The notes beneath the pieces are model-generated. The model was not told where the DNA came from. It saw only the letters and a list, made by a program, of their open reading frames with translations, and did no database searches. From positions 1-34,759 of IMG/VR virus record IMGVR_UViG_3300030376_004728: a DNA stretch of 34,759 bases. One strand, 5' to 3'. Source of the DNA: a virus (lineage: Duplodnaviria > Caudoviricetes). This document shows, one piece after another, positions 28,521 to 34,759 of the stretch (its first letter is position 1; every line of letters starts with the position of its first letter). A program made the position numbers and the translations under genes.

Positions 28521-28757
28521 TTAGTTTAAGCGCCAAGCGCTCTCGATGCCTTCTAAGAATGCGCTCATCATATGGTAGCACAGGGTTTTAGTAGTCCGCG
28601 GTGTTATAGGGCGCCGGGTTCTATTGTTGACCATGCGAACACCGCCATAAGCAAAGCACAGGTCATACGCTTGGTCATGTTTGCAGTAGGCTTCGCTAGC
28701 GTTATTAATCAGCTTTAGAAGGTGCGCCAGGTCAGAGCGTTTAATATTCTTTCTCAT
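28521..28757 (-). CDS. Early hypothetical protein
   Basis: 78 aa, bounded by the repeat. Contains the YDLCFAYGGVRMV motif. Confidence 0.75.
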   Translation of the reverse strand: MRKNIKRSDLAHLLKLINNASEAYCKHDQAYDLCFAYGGVRMVNNRTRRPITPRTTKTLCYHMMSAFLEGIESAWRLN

Positions 28758-28786
28758 GAGATACCTTTCTCTAGGTGGTTTGGGGG

Positions 28787-29134
28787 TTACGCTAAGACAG
28801 AGGAAACAAGCGCGTACTCAGCCGGAGCCAATGCAACGGTCAGCACCTTTTCCAGTACCTCTTCGGTTGGGTCCCAGATGATGTCACCGTGCCAACAGTG
28901 TGCGGTCTCGTCACTGTATAACCGATATTCTTTCTCAACTTCGCTGACCTCGTGCATAGCGTGGCAAAGCACATAGTATTGCGGGTCGGTAAGAGGACTA
29001 ATGGCGTCAACGTCACGAGGATCAATACCAAGGGCTTTCTCGATATTAGCCATTTTCTTGCAAATGGCGCTGATAAGCGGGCGGCAGTTCTTGTAAGCGA
29101 TGGCGATGCTGGGATTGTCGATGTTCTTTCTCAT
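28787..29134 (-). CDS. Early hypothetical protein
   Basis: 115 aa, ATGA overlap with the upstream gene. Its stop is part of the repeat. Confidence 0.75.
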   Translation of the reverse strand: MRKNIDNPSIAIAYKNCRPLISAICKKMANIEKALGIDPRDVDAISPLTDPQYYVLCHAMHEVSEVEKEYRLYSDETAHCWHGDIIWDPTEEVLEKVLTVALAPAEYALVSSVLA

Positions 29135-29430
29135 GCGTCACCCCCTAGATCGTCGCAGTAGTCTTCTTTAATTTTAGCAATGGCGCTCTCAATTTCAGCG
29201 GCGGCCTTGAGGTACTGGTCTCGAGCGTCTTCAAGGCTTCTGGTTGCCGCCTCCGTCATGCCTGCTGCGTAAGGAGCAACCGTGCTTTCAGTGCCTTTGC
29301 GCTTGTGGCGGCTTAGCAGGCAGTCGGCAGCGTAAAGGGTGCCCTCAGAGCGGGCCGCGTTAGCGTTAGCCTTAGCGCTAAACTCTGATGCCCGCTCAAT
29401 GTGACGGTGATAGTGCTGCTCATTCTTCAT
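29131..29430 (-). CDS. First early protein (helical, 99 aa)
   Basis: ATG at 29430 (MKNEQHYHRH) follows the repeat-borne GAAAGG. This start is preferred over the track's 29481. Confidence 0.75.
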   Translation of the reverse strand: MKNEQHYHRHIERASEFSAKANANAARSEGTLYAADCLLSRHKRKGTESTVAPYAAGMTEAATRSLEDARDQYLKAAAEIESAIAKIKEDYCDDLGGDA

Positions 29431-29483
29431 GGGGCGCCTTTCTCTAGGTGGTTTGGGGTTGCCGATATCGTATCGACACAAGG

Positions 29484-29512
29484 CTTATAGTTGGGCGGTA
29501 ACACCGTGTCAA
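29484..29512 (-). promoter_or_regulatory. Strong sigma70-like early promoter
   Basis: TTGACA (29512-29507), 17 nt spacer, TATAAG (29489-29484), with an A-rich upstream tract. Confidence 0.85.
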
Positions 29513-29648
29513 GCTTTTTCTTCTTAGTTTATTTGAAGCGCTCAATTTGAGCTGGGCTTTGCGTGCGCGTGCATGCGTATGTGATGTGATGGGTAGTGGG
29601 GGTATCACTTAGAGTGGGTGGTCAGGGTTGCCTTGCTTGTGTGGTGGC

Positions 29649-29735
29649 GAACCTAGAACCGAAGAACCTAGAACCGTGGGGCGGTAGGGGGTGGTGAACT
29701 GAGTGGTTTGAACCGTGGTTCGTGGCGTGAACCGG
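29649..29735. repeat. GAACC repeat cluster in the non-coding strand-switch region
   Basis: GAACCTAGAACCG at 29649 and 29664, inverted GAACC-GT-GGTTC at 29710-29721, and GAACCGG at 29729. Confidence 0.75.
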
Positions 29736-30100
29736 TAGCCTTTCGAAACGTCGTTTGGTTCTCAAGCGCTCGAGCAATAACGCTGTGTTTCCAAGGCGAT
29801 ACCAAAAGCCCGAATCCGTTCCCTGTTGCTAATACACCTTCCAACCGGAACGAGTTTTTCAACCCTCAATAAGAAGAAGAATACTTAGTGGGAGCTGACA
29901 GGATCGTGTGTAATGCTGGCGGATCGTGCTTGCTAGAGCGAACAGGCTCAATAGCATTTAACAGGCTACTATCTATTTTCTTACCATGTGAGTTTTTAGA
30001 ATTGCAATAGGTCTTGTTAAGTACGAGGTTCTCGTGGGTTTCAAGAGGCTGCCATTCTGACAGTCGGAGTTAACCCTATAGTGACTGCCATTTTGGCAGG

Positions 30101-30349
30101 TTAGTCGAAGTCGGGGATCACAAGGTCGTTGTAGGTGGGTTCCTTCTTTGGGGGTTTGCTTTGGAGTCCTGCTGAAACGTTGGCTGCCCAGTCGAGTGCT
30201 TTGTTCGCTGCTTCAATGTCTGACGTGAAAATATTTAGTTTTTTTAGTTCCTCTGGGGTGAGGGTGTAATGAAGCGCCATGTTCATCCCTGGTTTGCCTA
30301 AAGCAAGAATCCCTCGAATCACGGTCGTCGTCAGTTTCACAGATCGCAT
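30101..30349 (-). CDS. Hypothetical protein (82 aa)
   Basis: ATG at 30349 after AGGAAGG. A CTGCCA/TGGCAG hairpin follows the stop. Confidence 0.6.
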   Translation of the reverse strand: MRSVKLTTTVIRGILALGKPGMNMALHYTLTPEELKKLNIFTSDIEAANKALDWAANVSAGLQSKPPKKEPTYNDLVIPDFD

Positions 30350-30413
30350 GTGCAGCCTTCCTAGAGTGTTGTTGTTGCGGAGTGTGGTTAACTTGCTGTA
30401 GTTAGCCCATGTC

Positions 30414-30767
30414 ATGGATAGTAATCAAATACTACAAATGCTGGCAGACTTTGGCGCTCTAGGCTTGGCGTCTGGTGCGATCTTCTGGTTGTACCTCAAG
30501 ATGGCTAAACGCATGGATGACCTAACCGACAGCTTTCAAGTTCAACTCAGAGAACAGATGGAAGACTGCAATCGGCGAGAAGCAGAAGTCCGTGATCGCT
30601 TTATGGAAGTCGTCAATAAATATGACCAAGAGCGCCTGCACTGGGTCACCCGTCTCGACAGTATCGATAAAGAAATGCAAGACACTGAAAGCTTGATCAA
30701 AGAAGGTCTAGGTGAGATGCGCAGGCACTACGCAAAGATCAGCGCAGCAATCGGGAAGGAAGTCTGA
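30414..30767 (+). CDS. Single-TM plus coiled-coil membrane protein (holin-like)
   Basis: LADFGALGLASGAIFWLYL followed by a charged coiled coil. TGATG coupling. Confidence 0.65.
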   Translation: MDSNQILQMLADFGALGLASGAIFWLYLKMAKRMDDLTDSFQVQLREQMEDCNRREAEVRDRFMEVVNKYDQERLHWVTRLDSIDKEMQDTESLIKEGLGEMRRHYAKISAAIGKEV

Positions 30768-31186
30768 TGGCTAAGAAGAAGCCGAACTTTAAAATGAGGG
30801 TGGTTCAAGAGCCTAAAAAGCGGCTCAAGCCAACAGAGGCTGAACTTGAACAGGTGACGTTCGAGGCAGGCGGATCATCGCCAGAGCAGAAGCGTCGGAG
30901 CTTGGATAAAATCCGCAGGGACGCCAAAGCATATGCGCCTACATTAGCTTACGAAATCGCATACCAGAAAAAAGTCGAAGACGGCACGGTAACGCTAGAA
31001 GACATCGAGGAATTTGGTGATTACTCGCACCCGCTCTATCAGAAGATGTTAAGAGACAACCCAAACACCCTAAGTGATGCCCAAGTTGAAGAGCAATATG
31101 AGCGCATTACAAGGGCAGAGAACAAAATGGCTAAGCGCAAACAAGCCCTGCGCAAAGCAGCGGAAGCTAAAGCCCGGAAGCAGTAA
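30767..31186 (+). CDS. Hypothetical protein ending ALRKAAEAKARKQ
   Basis: 139 aa, coupled on both sides. Confidence 0.8.
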   Translation: MAKKKPNFKMRVVQEPKKRLKPTEAELEQVTFEAGGSSPEQKRRSLDKIRRDAKAYAPTLAYEIAYQKKVEDGTVTLEDIEEFGDYSHPLYQKMLRDNPNTLSDAQVEEQYERITRAENKMAKRKQALRKAAEAKARKQ

Positions 31187-31566
31187 TGGCTAAGACCGCA
31201 ACTAAGACCGATCCCGCTAAATGGGAGCAAGCCAAACGAGACGCCAAGGCTAAGATGGGCGGTAAGCACAGCGCCCGTGCCATGCAGCTTGCTACCCAGA
31301 TGTACAAGAAGCGAGGCGGTGGTTACTCCGGAGCAAAGAAGGAAACCTCGCTCAGCAAGTGGACCAAGCAGGACTGGAAGTACTCAGGCAAAGATAAGCC
31401 CGGCAAAGGGGGCTCAGGTGTGTACTTGCCCAAGAACCGTATCGCTAGTCTCAAGAGTACAGCAGCTGGCAGGTTAGCACTTAAGAAGGGTGAGGCGAAG
31501 AAAGCCAAAGCAACCCGTGAAGGCAAGCAGTACTCACAGCATGGTCTGGGTAAAGGGTTGGCATGA
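31186..31566 (+). CDS. Basic protein, DUF5872-like
   Basis: GKHSARAMQLATQMYKKRGGGY, SLSKWTKQDW and YLPK. Family recalled by eye. Confidence 0.7.
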   Translation: MAKTATKTDPAKWEQAKRDAKAKMGGKHSARAMQLATQMYKKRGGGYSGAKKETSLSKWTKQDWKYSGKDKPGKGGSGVYLPKNRIASLKSTAAGRLALKKGEAKKAKATREGKQYSQHGLGKGLA

Positions 31567-31868
31567 GCGCCGAGCGGATCGAAGCAGCACGTCGCCTGAT
31601 GAAGAAGCTAGGGCTTGAGGGCTTCAATAAGCCTAAGCGCACACCGAACCATCCAACTAAGTCGCATGTGGTGATGGCTAAAGAAGGTAATCAAGTGAAG
31701 TTGATCCGGTTTGGCGAGCAAGGGGCAAGTACAGCAGGCAAGCCCAAGGCTGGTGAAACAGATCGCATGAAGATGAAACGTAAATCATTCAAATCCAGAC
31801 ACGCTAAGAACATCGCCAAAGGTAAGATGAGCGCAGCGTACTGGGCTGACAAAACGAAATGGAGCTAG
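31563..31868 (+). CDS. Small basic phage protein
   Basis: NKPKRTPNHPTKSHVV..LIRFGEQG..RKSFKSRH..SAAYWADKTKW, a pattern I recall from environmental phage head regions. Confidence 0.75.
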   Translation: MSAERIEAARRLMKKLGLEGFNKPKRTPNHPTKSHVVMAKEGNQVKLIRFGEQGASTAGKPKAGETDRMKMKRKSFKSRHAKNIAKGKMSAAYWADKTKWS

Positions 31869-31872
31869 AACT

Positions 31873-32556
31873 ATGGCAACGAGAACACCGCAACGAGGAG
31901 CTGGCGGCGAAGCTGCTGATGTTAGCCGTAAAGAGCGCCGGCACGGTAAAAGCGAACTAAGTCCGAGGCTCACAGGAGCCATGAAAGCCGGCGGTAAGAT
32001 GGCGGCAGAAGAAGCTGCTATGGCAGTGTTCCCGGCTGTGCGCATTGCTAAGATGATAAGACCCATTGTAGGCAAGGGAGCAAAGGCGCTTGGTAAAGCT
32101 ATGGGAAGAGGGGTGAGCCCGTACAATTCCGGATCTAAAACCTTTTCTTCGATGGAGGCTATGAAAGCGGCTGAAAAGGCGCACGACAAAGCCGGGTTTG
32201 ACGACGATCTGTCGCTTGACTTGATTTACGGTGACGGTCCTGACTTACCAAATTGGTGGAAACGCCTTCCTGAAAAGGAGAAGGTGAAAATCTACAAGCA
32301 GCACAACAAACCAAAAGACACCGACTTTGTAGATAAGAAAACAGGGAATCGGAAAAAAATTGGCGGCGGCTGGGATATCCTCGGGTTGCTTACCGGCGAC
32401 TACGGCAAGAAAAACTCCACGGAACAAGCTGTGAGGCTGTTTGCTGAAACGGGTAAGAATCCAGCAATTATAAAACAATACGCAAAATCGTTATCCCACG
32501 TGATAGAATTGAAACCAGCCCTCCGCAAAGCCGCCGAAGCTAAGGCTAAGAAGTAA
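31873..32556 (+). CDS. Hypothetical basic protein ending ALRKAAEAKAKK
   Basis: 227 aa, RBS GGAG, TAATG coupling to TerS. Confidence 0.8.
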   Translation: MATRTPQRGAGGEAADVSRKERRHGKSELSPRLTGAMKAGGKMAAEEAAMAVFPAVRIAKMIRPIVGKGAKALGKAMGRGVSPYNSGSKTFSSMEAMKAAEKAHDKAGFDDDLSLDLIYGDGPDLPNWWKRLPEKEKVKIYKQHNKPKDTDFVDKKTGNRKKIGGGWDILGLLTGDYGKKNSTEQAVRLFAETGKNPAIIKQYAKSLSHVIELKPALRKAAEAKAKK

Positions 32557-33089
32557 TGTCTCGCAAGCCACGCATTATTCTCCCAGCAGCGGTATGGGCT
32601 AAGATCCGTGCCGAGTATGAAGCCGGTGTGCCCGTCAAGCACCTAGCGGATACCTTTAACCTGACTGAAGCAGCCGTCTATCGACGCAAGAAGAGCGAAG
32701 AGTGGTCTAGGGAAGTCTCGGTCATCAGTGACGACATGCTGTCCAAGGCACGCAAGGAAACAGAACAGCGCATCATCGAGCATATCCAAGAGCAAGAAGT
32801 GGACATGAAGCAGGTGATTGACCAGCACAAGTCCGTGTCTCAGCAGATCATGGAGCGAGCAGGTAAACTCCTAGATGCAGTCGATCTGATCCCGGATACC
32901 GAAGTCTCCAAAAAGGCACACGCTCTGAAGACCTTGTCTGATGTGATCACCGCTCAGATCCGTAACGAGCGTCGTACATGGAACATTGATGAGAAGGGTG
33001 CAGACACCTCGCTCGAGGCATTGCTTGACGAGCTGGATGACGAAGAAGAGAAGCGTAACAACACCCCGCAACCGGTGCTGGTGAAGTGA
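32556..33089 (+). CDS. terS: Terminase small subunit (putative)
   Basis: N-terminal HTH WAKIRAEYEAGVPVKHLADTFNLTEAAVYRRKKSEEW, then helices. It lies upstream of TerL. Confidence 0.72.
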   Translation: MSRKPRIILPAAVWAKIRAEYEAGVPVKHLADTFNLTEAAVYRRKKSEEWSREVSVISDDMLSKARKETEQRIIEHIQEQEVDMKQVIDQHKSVSQQIMERAGKLLDAVDLIPDTEVSKKAHALKTLSDVITAQIRNERRTWNIDEKGADTSLEALLDELDDEEEKRNNTPQPVLVK

Positions 33090-33343
33090 GTATAGAAGCC
33101 ATAGAACTACTCAAGATGGTACTCAACGGGGCTGATGGCGCCCTGGTTATTGTCTTGCTCTATACACTGCATACCGCTAGGGCGTGGACCAAGCGAGTTG
33201 AAGACGCTATTGAAAATATTGAGCGACTCAATAAGATTGTAGAAGATAACCAAGCTGACATCGCCAAACTCCGGCGCATGTACTTTGCCCTGAAGGACCG
33301 ACTACGCCATGCCCAAGATGAGAGCCGACAACCAAATCATTGA
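33086..33343 (+). CDS. Single-TM plus coiled-coil membrane protein
   Basis: 85 aa, GTGA overlap, hydrophobic GALVIVLLYTL. Confidence 0.65.
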   Translation: MSIEAIELLKMVLNGADGALVIVLLYTLHTARAWTKRVEDAIENIERLNKIVEDNQADIAKLRRMYFALKDRLRHAQDESRQPNH

Positions 33344-33734
33344 GAAGTTATGCACTGAGTGCATCATGAGCGTAAAGTACTCGCTCGACGCCTTCGCCAA
33401 AGAAGATGAAGCCAAGCAGGTGGTAAACACCGGGCTTACCGAGGAAGAGAACTTTCTCACCACGGCAATTATTACAAGGCAGCAGACGAAGATTACGAAG
33501 AAGGCGCTCGACATGATCGACAAGCGTCACTTTCGCCAGAAGCAGAAGATGTTCCTGATCCGGTTGCACCAGTTTGCAGAGTTTCTCGATACCTTTGAGG
33601 AAGACCTCAAGGGCGAAGAAGAAGAACAAGTCCGCCTCGCTAAGGGGATCATCAAGTGGCTCGAGAACAGTCACAAGATTATGCTTGAGTCATCGTCTCG
33701 TAAGACGCGTGAAGCCAACCTCGTATGGAACTAG
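33309..33734 (+). CDS. Hypothetical helical protein
   Basis: Fills the gap before TerL. The start may be 33366 (MSVKY). Confidence 0.65.
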   Translation: MPKMRADNQIIEKLCTECIMSVKYSLDAFAKEDEAKQVVNTGLTEEENFLTTAIITRQQTKITKKALDMIDKRHFRQKQKMFLIRLHQFAEFLDTFEEDLKGEEEEQVRLAKGIIKWLENSHKIMLESSSRKTREANLVWN

Positions 33735-34759
33735 GCAAAGACAGAGTACGGTCTGAACTGATCAAGTGCAGGAAAGACTTCAAGTACTTTGCGCTGCGCT
33801 ACCTAAAGATCGTCAACACCAGCGGTGAGATCGTCAATCTTAAGCTCAACCAGCCGCAGATTGAAATCATCGACTCGGTGGACGGTAGTTTCCAAACAAT
33901 GGTGCTCAAAGCCAGAAAGCTTGGGTCGTCCACGGTTATCGCTGGCTACTTCTTCTGGAAGGCTCTGTTTAAGAAGAATACCCGAGTCGCTGTCGTCGCT
34001 CACACTGACGAGGCCGCCAAAGAGCTGTTCACGATCTACCAGCACTTCTACAAGAACCTTCCGAACGAAATGCGCCCTAAGGCTATCAAGAACAGGCATA
34101 ACGAACTGAACCTCGTCACCGGTTCTAAGATCAAGATTGGCAGTGCCGACTCCGACAGCTTCCGTGGACAGACGTACCAATATATCCATGCCTCCGAGTA
34201 TGCGTTCTGGTCTAACGTCGAGAAGACCATCGCCTCATTGTTTCAGACTGCTGATGCAAATGCTAGCATCGTGCTGGAGTCCACAGCGAACGGGCTCAAT
34301 GGTGCTTACGACCTATGGGTCAACGACGCTGGTTACACTAAGATCTTCCTACCGTGGATGATTGATGGCCGATGCCAGATCCCCAAGGCACGGTTTACTG
34401 ACTACACCAAACTGGAGCGAGAATACCGTGCGGAACATAAGCTTAGTGATGAGCAGTTTAACTGGTTGGTGTACACACTACGCGTCAAGTGTGCGAACAA
34501 CTGGCGCATATTCCATCAGGAGTTTCCGTCATCACCAGACGTTGCGTTCGTTACATCGGGCGATCGATTCTTCCCGGAGACCTATAGCGTCACCACCGCC
34601 AAGCCAGGATACCACCAGTGGGAGAAGAGACAGAAGTACCACATCTATTCAATGGGAGTGGACACCGCTTCTGGTTCTCCTGGTGGGGACTTTAGCACTA
34701 TTAAAGTTCTGGATGTCACCGACAAAAAATCCATTCGAGAAGTAGCGTCGTTCTACGAA
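33725..34759 (+). CDS. terL: Terminase large subunit, N-terminal ATPase part (absent from the ORF track; continues at base 1)
   Basis: Translated by hand: MELGKDRV...LNQPQ...VLKARKLGSST (Walker A)...FRGQTYQYIHASE (Walker B)...VLESTANG...QEFPSSP..AF...MGVDTASG. Confidence 0.95.
   Translation, partial: MELGKDRVRSELIKCRKDFKYFALRYLKIVNTSGEIVNLKLNQPQIEIIDSVDGSFQTMVLKARKLGSSTVIAGYFFWKALFKKNTRVAVVAHTDEAAKELFTIYQHFYKNLPNEMRPKAIKNRHNELNLVTGSKIKIGSADSDSFRGQTYQYIHASEYAFWSNVEKTIASLFQTADANASIVLESTANGLNGAYDLWVNDAGYTKIFLPWMIDGRCQIPKARFTDYTKLEREYRAEHKLSDEQFNWLVYTLRVKCANNWRIFHQEFPSSPDVAFVTSGDRFFPETYSVTTAKPGYHQWEKRQKYHIYSMGVDTASGSPGGDFSTIKVLDVTDKKSIREVASFYE
34661..34758. repeat. Terminal direct repeat, copy 2
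   Basis: Identical to 1-98. Confidence 0.97.

Larger units (their letters stand above)
28165..29460 (-). repeat. Dispersed intergenic repeat (T)AACCCC(C)AAAC..., four copies
   Basis: Copies at 28165-28177, 28512-28523, 28764-28789 and 29437-29460. The last two share 22 identical bp (CCCCAAACCACCTAGAGAAAGG). Confidence 0.9.

Noticed and set aside
28151-29460. Repeats as a CRISPR array or integron attC sites
   Set aside because: The spacers are whole genes, the repeats are short and non-palindromic, and no cas or integrase gene is present.
29668-29862. 64-aa minus-strand ORF in the non-coding region
   Set aside because: TTG start, no clear RBS, and it runs through the GAACC repeats.
30074-30084. 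Minus-strand TCACTATAGGG, identical to the core of the T7 promoter
   Set aside because: It is a single copy, the upstream specificity region does not match, and no single-subunit RNA polymerase was recognised in the genome.

Overview
The window looks like a complete, circularly permuted genome (~34,660 bp) of a tailed dsDNA phage, probably short-tailed (podovirus-like). Bases 1-98 repeat at 34661-34758, and the large terminase runs across that junction (33725-end, then 1-648; ~527 aa). The ORF track missed its N-terminal half. The + strand arm (30.4 kb, through the junction, to 21.0 kb) holds small basic proteins, TerS, TerL, scaffold, major capsid, portal, adaptor, nozzle, tail proteins, three probable ejection proteins, a peptidase M15 endolysin and a LamG protein. 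The - strand arm (29.5 to 21.0 kb) starts at a near-consensus sigma70 promoter. It carries repeat-delimited small early genes, a Gp88-like Cys protein, a RecE-like nuclease, a Rad52/Sak annealase, SSB, RusA and a DnaC-like ATPase. I recognised no DNA or RNA polymerase, integrase, tRNA or CRISPR array. Three signals stand out. (1) A start-less -1 frame behind a holin-like gene encodes four amphipathic beta-strands ending in ...GLKWRW, with a slippery heptamer and a downstream RNA structure. (2) An ALRxAAxxK peptide motif recurs in several late proteins and resembles the scaffold C-terminus. (3) TAACCCCCAAAC repeats punctuate the early genes. All family assignments are by eye from motifs and gene order, not from database searches.
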